A DNA stretch of 64,000 nucleotides from Eubacteriales bacterium (lineage in GTDB: Bacteria > Bacillota > Clostridia > Oscillospirales > CAG-272), in contig JAZNBB010000079.1 of NCBI GenBank assembly GCA_045586845.1, positions 1,180 to 65,179 of the forward strand. The letters run 5' to 3'. The translations under genes were made by a program, and so were the position numbers. Shown here piece after piece: positions 37,572-44,911 of the stretch. Under the pieces are notes generated by a model that was given only the letters and a program-made list of their open reading frames with translations, ran no database searches and was not told where the DNA came from. Each line of letters begins with the position of its first letter. Positions within the stretch are counted from its first letter, which is position 1.

Positions 37572-38456
37572 TTAATATGCTGTGCCTACGTACATTCCGT
37601 CCGAATACGTAACGATATATGTGCCGGCATAAAGCGTCTGACCGTCCAGTCGGACGTACGGTGTCAGGGCGATACTGACTTGTCCGGTGGATAGGACGGA
37701 CAGGGTGGATGTAAATACTTGACCGCCAAGCTCATCTGCGGTATAGACCCTGCCACCGCCTTCGATCTGATCTGATATTTCGGAGCCGCCAAGCGTCAAT
37801 TCGCGCGTGCCGTCCGCATCGGTCACGGCGCAAACAAATCCGTAGCTGCCGCGGGAGAGCGCGGCATCGGGATCGACGAGTGCGCACAGACGCACTGTGA
37901 CTTTGCCGCCCGAGGGATTGGTCTCCTGGCAGGCAAGATAACGTGCAGGGCAGGTGGGCGGTGCGGGAGCTGTCAGGGTAATGTATCCTTGGCAACCGCT
38001 GATATGCAAAGGCGACGTGCTACCGTCATCTGCAAGCACATAAAAAGAGGCGGGATCGGGTACAGTACAGCTTACGGCATAATTGCCCGGCTGTGCTTCC
38101 TCGGAGCAGGAAAAGGTCAGCGCGAGAAAAGCACCGCTGATCTGCACGTTTTGTGCGGCGTCCAGCAGCAGATTGACCTTGCCGTTATTATCGTGGTACG
38201 TCAGCGTCAGTTCAGTATTTGTTTGTAACAGTTGTGCGTTTTTGAGTGTAAACAGCGTATTGTCGTACTGTATGCACACAAAACCACCCGCCAGTGTTGT
38301 ATCGGGCAGAGAAAGGGTGAGTGTGATGTCCCGGCCGGGTTCTGCGTCCGTTGTCTGCAAAAGGGTCAGTGCGGACGGGTCCCCTGCATCTGCGGGCAGT
38401 ATCAACACGCCAAGCAAGAAGCAACAGATCAAGGCAAAACACAGGCGTGATCTCAT
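37572..38456 (-). CDS. Secreted cohesin-like domain protein
   Basis: RBS AAGGAG precedes the start, and the signal peptide is MRSRLCFALICCFLLGVLILPADA. The N-terminal half follows the cohesin pattern AEPGRDITLTLSLP..LAGGFVCIQYDNTLFTL ... GAFLALTFSCSEEAQPGNYAV. The C-terminal half is unassigned. Confidence 0.5.
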   Translation of the reverse strand: MRSRLCFALICCFLLGVLILPADAGDPSALTLLQTTDAEPGRDITLTLSLPDTTLAGGFVCIQYDNTLFTLKNAQLLQTNTELTLTYHDNNGKVNLLLDAAQNVQISGAFLALTFSCSEEAQPGNYAVSCTVPDPASFYVLADDGSTSPLHISGCQGYITLTAPAPPTCPARYLACQETNPSGGKVTVRLCALVDPDAALSRGSYGFVCAVTDADGTRELTLGGSEISDQIEGGGRVYTADELGGQVFTSTLSVLSTGQVSIALTPYVRLDGQTLYAGTYIVTYSDGMYVGTAY

Positions 38457-38625
38457 GGCGGTCTCCTTTCCGTTTTTTTAAATGTATGGGATCTTCATTT
38501 TTGTTATGTATATTTATTATACATAATTAACCGGATTTTGTCAAGAAGGGTAGGATTTCCCATGTAAATCGAGACAGTGCGTGCACATAATAATGTTGAC
38601 CTAAAAAATACGGAGGATCATACAG

Positions 38626-38940
38626 ATGAAATATACCGGTAAAGCTTTGGCTCTTGCCTTGATCTTGGCTGCCGTGACCGCTTGTGCAGTCGGCTGCGTA
38701 GGTCCCGAGAGTGACGACAGCGGTGTAAATGAAAACACCGATACGCAGGGGACCACCCAAGCACCTTCCACGCAGGGAACCACACAGGCACCCACCACCG
38801 AGTCTGACACCTCTGAGGGTGCGCTTGGCAGCGTTGCAGGTGACATCAGCGATGCCATTTCCGGCGATACAGCCGAGCCTGAAAGTACGCAAGCACCGAG
38901 CAGAATGAACGGCAGAATGCGTGGCAGAGAAGGGAAATAA
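38626..38940 (+). CDS. Small lipoprotein with low-complexity Thr/Gln-rich body
   Basis: RBS GGAGGA precedes the start. The N-terminus MKYTGKALALALILAAVTAC carries a lipobox. A tandem TQGTTQAPS(T) duplication is present. Confidence 0.55.
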   Translation: MKYTGKALALALILAAVTACAVGCVGPESDDSGVNENTDTQGTTQAPSTQGTTQAPTTESDTSEGALGSVAGDISDAISGDTAEPESTQAPSRMNGRMRGREGK

Positions 38941-39041
38941 GAAAAATACCGTAGTGCGGGGGCAATTTGCTTTGCAAATCACTCCCGCCGCTGACACAAC
39001 AAAGGGCTGAGATCCTATGACCTCAGCCCTTTGCGGTTGTT

Positions 39042-41105
39042 TTAATGAATTTGTGTGCCGGTGGGAACACTGTCGTCCACAAAGATGACCTTGCAGCCGC
39101 AAGCGTTGTTGGTAGCTGCCAGCAGCATACCCTGCGAATTGATATTGCAAATTCTGTTCGGCTTGAGGTTTGCGATCACAATGATCTTCTTTCCGATCAG
39201 GGACTCGGGGGTGTACTCCGCCTTGATCGAGGACATGATGACTCTCTCTCCAATACCGTCGTCCAGCGTCAGCTTGAGGCAAGCATTGGATTTGCGCAGA
39301 GTTTCTGCCTTGAGGATCTTACAAACGCGTAAATCAAGCTTATCAAAGTCTTCTATGGTGATCTGCTCCTTGACCGGCTGTACGGGGTCAGCCTCGCCTC
39401 TGGGTGCTTCGGGAGCTGCAAGAGCCTCCTGTGCGGGAGTTTCACATACCTCGCAAGCCTGCTCAGCTGCGATCTCCGCCTCTGTCTTGGGATAGGAGAA
39501 GTCAAGCAGGTGTACGTACTTATCCGCGTCGATGGCGTACAGGAACAAGTACAATCTGGGACCCTGCTCCTTATCGATCAGCAACTTGTAGACCGTCTTG
39601 AAGAAGCTGCCCTGAATACCACGCAGCTCCTTGGAGTCTGCCAGCTCGGGGTAGACCTGCTTGGGAATATCGTAAATGGCGGTGTTAAGCTCGTCCAGCG
39701 TATATCCTCCCTTGGCGATCACGTCGTGCAAAAGTGCGATCTGCTTCTTTTCTTGCTCTGAAAGCTGCTCATATACCTCAAAGTTACGGGTCGCGCGCAG
39801 GCGGTTGACCTGCTCGGGAGCGCACTGCTCCAGCCAGAACTTTGCTCTTTCCAGTCTGTCTGCAAACTGCTCGTGCTTGTAGGGCATACCGATCTTTTCA
39901 AACACGGTTTCAAGCAAAGGCACGTTAAAGTCCACGATAGAGCCGAGCTGTACCAGAAGTCCCATGGGGACGGTCTCCACGTGTCTGCCCTCGATCAGAC
40001 ATTTTTCCATAATGGATGCGGCAGCTTCGTTTGCCTTGCCCTCTCTGTAGTCGCCCAACATCTTGTCAAACTCAAAATACTGGCGCAGGATACCGTCGTC
40101 AAAGCAGATATCGAATGCTTTGACGGGGTCGGTCTTGGCATACAGCCACAAGAGCACCTCGGGCTGATACAGCTTGAGCATGGTCTCGGGGGTCAGGTTG
40201 ATACCCGAGGAAGAGGACATCTTGCCCGCCAAGCCCTTAATGCCGATAAATTCATAGCCCTGATACAGGGGCGCCTGATGGTTAAATACCTTCTTGGCGA
40301 TCTGCTTGGAGTTGTTGTAGGAGCCCGTGGGTGCGGAGTGATCCTTTCCGCCCGGCTCAAAGTCCACGCCCTCGTGACGCCATCTCATTGCCCAGTCAAC
40401 CTTCCATCCCAGCTTGCAGTTGTGGTTTTGGAGGAAGTTGAAATGACCCGAATGACCGCAACGACAGGTGTAATCTGCCTCGGTACCGTCAGAGGAGAAG
40501 GAGGTGATGGTGGTAAAGTCGGTATGGCACGCCTCGCAGAAGATGCTGACGGGGCTGTACGCAGCCTTTTCCGCATCGTGTTCAGCCTTCAGCTCATCCT
40601 CGCTCTTGCTCTTGTCCTTGGTCTTGAACGAGTCAAGGATTTCAAAGATCTCGCCACGCTTTTGGATCGACTCCAAGATCGCTTCGGTATAAGCACCCGA
40701 GCGGTACAGGTCTGCCTGATAGCGGCAATCCAGCTTGATGCCAAAAGGCTCAATACCCTTGAGAAACTCGTCCTCAAAGTGCTTCGCGTAATTTTCATGG
40801 CAACCCCAGGGGTCCGGAATATCCACGTAAGGACAGCCGATATATTTGTCGTAGCTGTTGCCTACAACTGCCTGCACATTTGCGGGGATCTTGCGGCAAC
40901 GGTCGTATTCATCCCAGGAAATCAAGAGCTTTGCGCGCTTGCCCTGCTTTTCCAGTGCCTTGACAACGAACAGAGGGGTTGCCAGATCGCGGAAGTTACC
41001 GATGTGTACCGAGCCGGAGGGAGAGACACCGGCAGCGCAAACGTATTCCTCTTTATCGGGGTTTTGCGCGATGATCTTTTTTGCAATTTCTTCTGACCAA
41101 TGCAT
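39042..41105 (-). CDS. lysK: Class I lysyl-tRNA synthetase fused to a C-terminal tRNA-binding (Trbp111/EMAP-like) domain
   Basis: The N-terminus is HWSEEIAKKI...GVSPSGSVHIGNFRD (HIGN in place of HIGH), and the KMSSS loop is LAGKMSSSSG. The last ~110 aa follow the tRNA_bind pattern DFDKLDLRVCKILKAE...IVIANLKP...SQGMLLAA. Confidence 0.85.
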   Translation of the reverse strand: MHWSEEIAKKIIAQNPDKEEYVCAAGVSPSGSVHIGNFRDLATPLFVVKALEKQGKRAKLLISWDEYDRCRKIPANVQAVVGNSYDKYIGCPYVDIPDPWGCHENYAKHFEDEFLKGIEPFGIKLDCRYQADLYRSGAYTEAILESIQKRGEIFEILDSFKTKDKSKSEDELKAEHDAEKAAYSPVSIFCEACHTDFTTITSFSSDGTEADYTCRCGHSGHFNFLQNHNCKLGWKVDWAMRWRHEGVDFEPGGKDHSAPTGSYNNSKQIAKKVFNHQAPLYQGYEFIGIKGLAGKMSSSSGINLTPETMLKLYQPEVLLWLYAKTDPVKAFDICFDDGILRQYFEFDKMLGDYREGKANEAAASIMEKCLIEGRHVETVPMGLLVQLGSIVDFNVPLLETVFEKIGMPYKHEQFADRLERAKFWLEQCAPEQVNRLRATRNFEVYEQLSEQEKKQIALLHDVIAKGGYTLDELNTAIYDIPKQVYPELADSKELRGIQGSFFKTVYKLLIDKEQGPRLYLFLYAIDADKYVHLLDFSYPKTEAEIAAEQACEVCETPAQEALAAPEAPRGEADPVQPVKEQITIEDFDKLDLRVCKILKAETLRKSNACLKLTLDDGIGERVIMSSIKAEYTPESLIGKKIIVIANLKPNRICNINSQGMLLAATNNACGCKVIFVDDSVPTGTQIH

Positions 41106-41309
41106 AATAAGTCTCCTTTAATTTATCGTGATTTGATGATGTACATACTAACTCCATTATAGTATATCACAGTTTATCAGGTCTGTCAATCGGTATGTTT
41201 TCTAATATTTTTCCTGTGATTGCAGAAATTTCGGGCATAAAAGAGCAAAAGCAGTGCAAACTATGAATGGATATCATCCAATCAACAAATACAATAGGAG
41301 ATTATAATT

Positions 41310-41537
41310 ATGATGCCTATCGTTGACAGAATTGCTCTGATCGTGGCTGCCATCGGCGGTCTGAACTGGGGCAGCGTCGGTCTGTTTGGCTTTGATGCGG
41401 TCGCATGGCTGTTTGGCGGACAGGGCGCGGTTCTTTCCAGAATCGTATACGTGGCAGTCGCCTTGGCGGCGCTTTGGTGTATTTCTCTGGTATTTCGCGT
41501 CAGAGATACCTTTGAGCAGCCCGAAGAAGAAATGTAA
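41310..41537 (+). CDS. DUF378 small membrane protein
   Basis: 75 aa with the motif IALIVAAIGGLNWGSVGLFGFD, typical of DUF378. RBS AGGAG precedes the start. Confidence 0.75.
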   Translation: MMPIVDRIALIVAAIGGLNWGSVGLFGFDAVAWLFGGQGAVLSRIVYVAVALAALWCISLVFRVRDTFEQPEEEM

Positions 41538-41550
41538 GCAAATCAAAATT

Positions 41551-41578
41551 GCACCTGCACAGCCGTGCAGGTGCTTTT
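41551..41578 (+). terminator. Rho-independent terminator
   Basis: GCACCTGCAC-AGCC-GTGCAGGTGC followed by TTTT. Confidence 0.8.
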
Positions 41579-41708
41579 GTTGGAAAATCAGTTTGTGCCA
41601 AGCGAGGAGCGAGCCTCTCACCTACCGTCCGATATGCTTGAAATCTTATTTCGTCGGTGCGAGAGCTTAATATGTCAACAGGTAGGGGAGGGACTTGCTC
41701 CTCCTTGC

Positions 41709-42146
41709 TTAGCCTTTGTTGCAATTTTGATTCTTGTTCTCATCCGCAAGCCTTTGGTTGATGATTTCCAAATTACGTTGCTCAATCTTGTCTGAAATAT
41801 AATATATAAAAACGGTCAAAAGGATATATACAACCAACAAGACGCCTATAGCAATAAGAAACTTGGTGTCTGTACGCAGGTCATTGAATAAGAGATTCAT
41901 AACGATCATGATTAACACAGCAAACCCGATTGCAATAAATCTTCTGACCCACAGATGTCTTGAAAAAAGCCTTAATTCAAATGTGAAGAAGGAAAACAAA
42001 TGGATAGGTATTGCGACCGCTAACATCAAATAGAGATCTTGGACTTGTATGATCGTGGGAAAAATCAATGAAAAAGCAGTGAAACACAATGCGATCTCTC
42101 CCATAGCTTTCAAAAAAGAATCCCAATATTTTCTTCCGATACTCAT
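41709..42146 (-). CDS. DUF3021-like 4-TM membrane protein, partner of the LytTR regulator
   Basis: A 145-aa polytopic protein starting 3 nt after the LytTR gene stop. The LytTR plus small-membrane-protein pairing is a common Firmicute module. Confidence 0.6.
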   Translation of the reverse strand: MSIGRKYWDSFLKAMGEIALCFTAFSLIFPTIIQVQDLYLMLAVAIPIHLFSFFTFELRLFSRHLWVRRFIAIGFAVLIMIVMNLLFNDLRTDTKFLIAIGVLLVVYILLTVFIYYISDKIEQRNLEIINQRLADENKNQNCNKG

Positions 42147-42148
42147 AC

Positions 42149-42586
42149 TTACACCCCCAATTTCTTTTTGATCTCAGATACGTATTGCCTGGACACAAGC
42201 AATTTTTCGTTGTTTATAAGCGTTGCGATCAGACGGCTGTGCTCGGATTTTTTGATGCTCTGCATTTTTCCGAGATTTGCAATCACTGTTTTGGAAATGC
42301 GCGCGAATTTGAGATCTTGCAGGCTCTGTTCGATTCGATAAAGCTTTAAGGTGGTTTCATAAGTTTGATTTTCCGTATAGAAAAAGATAACACCGTCTAC
42401 CGATTCAAAATAAAAAATGTCCTTTATCGGGATAAAAAAAGTTTCTCCTTGCCTTTGGCCCGCAAAGGTATGTCCGGCTAAACCGATGCTTGCGATCATA
42501 TCCCGAAGCTCATCTGTCAAGTGAGAACAAGTGATCAGAATCTCGGTTTCCGTAACGCTTGGATTTTCTTGGATTGTGATTTTCAA
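42149..42586 (-). CDS. Stand-alone LytTR-domain DNA-binding protein
   Basis: The LytTR pattern is IPIKDIFYFESVDGVIFFYTENQTYETTLKLYRIEQSL..FARISKTVIANL. I prefer the TTG at 42586 because it has RBS GGAGGG and a TTGACT-17-TATAAT promoter upstream. The longer ORF from 42727 runs through that promoter. Confidence 0.75.
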   Translation of the reverse strand: MKITIQENPSVTETEILITCSHLTDELRDMIASIGLAGHTFAGQRQGETFFIPIKDIFYFESVDGVIFFYTENQTYETTLKLYRIEQSLQDLKFARISKTVIANLGKMQSIKKSEHSRLIATLINNEKLLVSRQYVSEIKKKLGV

Positions 42587-42620
42587 CGCATTCCCTCCGT
42601 TCCTGCTTTTGTGATTTTTT

Positions 42621-42649
42621 ATTATACATGGACAAAAAAGCAAAGTCAA
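42621..42649 (-). promoter_or_regulatory. Promoter of the LytTR-DUF3021 operon
   Basis: On the minus strand: TTGACT, a 17-nt spacer, then TATAAT. Confidence 0.6.
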
Positions 42650-42728
42650 GCAGTTTTGCCTATCCTGCAAATTGGGGGCGTTAAGATGCAAAAATGTTAG
42701 TTCGGGCTCAATTTTCATATGAGACACG

Positions 42729-42998
42729 AAGGAGCGTCCGCAGGATGCATCTCACCCACCGCAACCGCGTCGTATATTCTCGGCTCAGTCGCCTCGAATC
42801 TCCTCCGCTGCGGTCCCCCCTCTCCCGCGGAGAGGGCTTATTATAGCTACCCTTTGCGGATAATTGTATAAGCCAGTGCGCTGAAAAAGCCCTCTCCGCG
42901 GGAGAGGGGGGACCGCAGCGGAGCGAATTTCACCGAGGCACGAGGGGAAATGAGAGAAGCGATTGCGGTGGGTGAGATGCATCCTACGGACGCTCTTT
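42729..42998. repeat. Nested 270-bp palindromic element
   Basis: The outer 36-bp arms 42729..42764 and 42963..42998 are complementary at 34/36 positions. The inner 36-bp arms 42803..42838 and 42888..42923 are perfectly complementary. Each inner arm contains its own hairpin CCCTCTC-CCGCG-GAGAGGG. The central loop is 49 nt. Confidence 0.9.
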
Positions 42999-43031
42999 TA
43001 CGTCTTGTTGTCCATAATACAGCTTCGCCAA

Positions 43032-43120
43032 AGTGATATTGTCGCTTACGCGACAGTGATATTACAGCCTGCGGCCATAGCGATATTGCGCTTGGCGCAG
43101 TGATATTTGCCCTTCGGGCA
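43032..43120. repeat. Array of AG(T/C)GATATT 9-mers alternating with unrelated GC-rich mini-hairpins
   Basis: GTGATATT occurs at 43033, 43056 and 43100, and GCGATATT at 43080. The units are separated by GTCGC-TTAC-GCGAC, GCC-TGC-GGC, GCGC-TTG-GCGC and TGCCC-TTC-GGGCA. Confidence 0.8.
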
Positions 43121-43123
43121 AGT

Positions 43124-43152
43124 TAAAAAAACGCCCCGAAGGGCGTTTTTTT
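43124..43152. terminator. Bidirectional terminator downstream of yitT-like gene
   Basis: AAAAAAA-CGCCC-CGAA-GGGCG-TTTTTTT. Confidence 0.8.
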
Positions 43153-44065
43153 ATAACTCCTCAGCATACGGATTTTTATACCCCTCGCCAAAGATCTCGG
43201 TTGCTTTTGTCACGATCAAGAATGCATGCTTGTCCTCCTGTTTGACAATGTCACGCAGCCGGGGATACTGGTGATCATGCAGCACACACATCAGAACCTT
43301 TTTGTCCTTTTTGGTGTATGCTCCTTCCCCGTGCAGGACAGTCAAGCCGGTCTCAACCTCTTTCATCAAACGATTGGAGACTGCTTCGGGAGCGTCGGTG
43401 ATAATATAGACCAATTTGGCGTTATCCTTACCGTACAGCACCATGTCAAGCACTGTGGAGTTGGTAAAGACTGTCACGGCTGCGTACATAGCAACCAGCA
43501 CATCGTGGAACACGACAGCAGAGAGTACCAGCACGGTTGCGTCCAGGGCAAGGTAAAGCACGCCTGTTTTCATATGGCGGAACTTTCGGCGCAAAAGCTT
43601 TACGATGATATCAAAGCCGCCCGTTGAGCCGCCGCCGCGGAATACAAGACCGATCCCCAATGCCACAAGTGCGCCGCCTGCTGCGGCAGCAATCAGCAAA
43701 TGGTCGTGCATATCGGGGATCAGATGTGAAAAGCCGCGAGCAATGACTTCGATAATGGCGGAGGAGAGCGCGGTCACGTACAGCGTACCCACCAAAAACT
43801 TGAATTTGAATACGATCAGTCCCAGGATCATGATCGGAATATTGATAATGAAGATCCAGACACCGGTACCGAGCTGAAAATCTCCGAACTTGACAACACT
43901 GTTGATAATGATGGAAAGACCCGAAACGCCGCCGGGGGCTAAGTGGTTGGGGTCAAGAAATACGGCAATGGCAAAGGCGTAGATCAGTGCGCCCACGGTC
44001 ATCAAGATAAAATTTTTGAGTAGAGGGAGAAATATCTCTTTTTTGCTCGGCTTGATGTCATTCAA
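43151..44065 (-). CDS. YitT-family membrane protein (DUF2179 C-terminal domain)
   Basis: A polytopic N-terminus carries the motif APGGVSGLSII, and a soluble C-terminal domain follows. The start is a TTG preceded by RBS GGAGGTG. Confidence 0.75.
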   Translation of the reverse strand: MNDIKPSKKEIFLPLLKNFILMTVGALIYAFAIAVFLDPNHLAPGGVSGLSIIINSVVKFGDFQLGTGVWIFIINIPIMILGLIVFKFKFLVGTLYVTALSSAIIEVIARGFSHLIPDMHDHLLIAAAAGGALVALGIGLVFRGGGSTGGFDIIVKLLRRKFRHMKTGVLYLALDATVLVLSAVVFHDVLVAMYAAVTVFTNSTVLDMVLYGKDNAKLVYIITDAPEAVSNRLMKEVETGLTVLHGEGAYTKKDKKVLMCVLHDHQYPRLRDIVKQEDKHAFLIVTKATEIFGEGYKNPYAEEL

Positions 44066-44906
44066 CGTCAGTCACCTCCGATTCTGCCCGCTCGGACTCG
44101 CTGTTGCTGTGTGCGGTCTTGCGGTATTCGCTTGGGGACATCCCTACCTGTTTGAAAAAGGCGCGGTTAAAGGTACGCAGCGTGCCAAAGCCAACCAGGG
44201 CGGAAATCTCGGTAATGCTTTTGTTAGTCCTGCGCAGATATCTGCACGCCTCGGAAACGCGCAGAGCGTTGATATAGTCGTTAAAGCCCGTACCGATCTT
44301 ACTGCCAAAGAGGTGTGAAATATAATATTTGCTTAAGTGAAGCTCGCCCTCCAGGGTGGCAAGCGTCAGCTCACGCGAGTAGTTTTGCGCGCAATAGGAG
44401 ACGATCGAGCGTAGTGTAACAGAGTCACTCTGGTTGCGTTCCTTAAAGCTCATGCGGCTGAGCAGCTCACCGAAAAAGGCAAGCAGATATCCCTTCGTAA
44501 TGGCATCGCGGTAGTCGGCAGGCATTGCATCGGTGCGCGAGAGCGTCAGCAGCAGCTCGTGCATATAGGGGTCGTTTCCCACACCGTGTACGATGGGACA
44601 GGTGGGGGCGGCACCGGAAAAGGAGCGTGAAAGCTCGGGCATGATATCGGGGTTGATGATGAAGAGCAGGTATTTTTCTTTTTCTGCGGGGTCGTAGCGG
44701 TGCACCTGATTGGGAAATACCAGCAGCACGTCACCGCTTTGCAGTGTATATTCCCCCGTATCCACCGCGCAGGTGGTACAGCCCTCTACCATGTAGACCA
44801 GCTCCAGGTGGTAGTGCAGATGCGCGCCAAACGCCAAAGGGTATTGCCCCGAGAGCGCGTTGCGACAGGAAAAATCATCCTTTTTATTTTCGTACATTGC
44901 GCCCAT
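44058..44906 (-). CDS. AraC-family transcriptional regulator (cupin sensor + HTH_18)
   Basis: An N-terminal cupin (HLHYHLELVYMVEG) and a C-terminal AraC HTH (SHLFGSKIGTGFNDYINALRVSEACRYL ... GFGTLRTFNRAFFKQVGMSP) are present. The ATG at 44906 is preceded by RBS GAGGTG. Confidence 0.85.
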   Translation of the reverse strand: MGAMYENKKDDFSCRNALSGQYPLAFGAHLHYHLELVYMVEGCTTCAVDTGEYTLQSGDVLLVFPNQVHRYDPAEKEKYLLFIINPDIMPELSRSFSGAAPTCPIVHGVGNDPYMHELLLTLSRTDAMPADYRDAITKGYLLAFFGELLSRMSFKERNQSDSVTLRSIVSYCAQNYSRELTLATLEGELHLSKYYISHLFGSKIGTGFNDYINALRVSEACRYLRRTNKSITEISALVGFGTLRTFNRAFFKQVGMSPSEYRKTAHSNSESERAESEVTDVE

Positions 44907-44911
44907 GCGTA

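Noticed and set aside
38527-39282. A 251-aa minus-strand ORF spanning the lysK 3' end and the small lipoprotein gene.
   Set aside because: It overlaps the well-supported lysK C-terminal tRNA-binding domain in another frame and runs antisense to the RBS-supported lipoprotein ORF. Its composition is Arg/Cys/Gly-rich and atypical.
41106-41300. A possible T-box leader upstream of lysK.
   Set aside because: The region is AT-rich and only ~200 nt long. It has no recognisable T-box sequence (AANNNGGGTGGNACCGCG-like), no specifier-loop or AG-bulge pattern, and no terminator/antiterminator pair.
42785-42982. A 65-aa ORF (MHLTHRNRFSHF...) and the neighbouring short ORFs inside the 42.7-43.0 kb region.
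   Set aside because: It lies entirely within the nested palindrome, so its sequence is dictated by the inverted repeats. There is no RBS. I treated it as non-coding.
42729-42998. I considered whether the 270-bp hairpin could be a structured RNA gene, such as SRP/scRNA or 6S RNA, which are long hairpins often near the origin in Firmicutes.
   Set aside because: The SRP domain IV motifs (GGAA tetraloop with AGCA/GNAR symmetric loop context) are not present. The perfect 36-bp stems are unlike the bulged 6S architecture. Diverged copies exist elsewhere, which fits a repeat element better.
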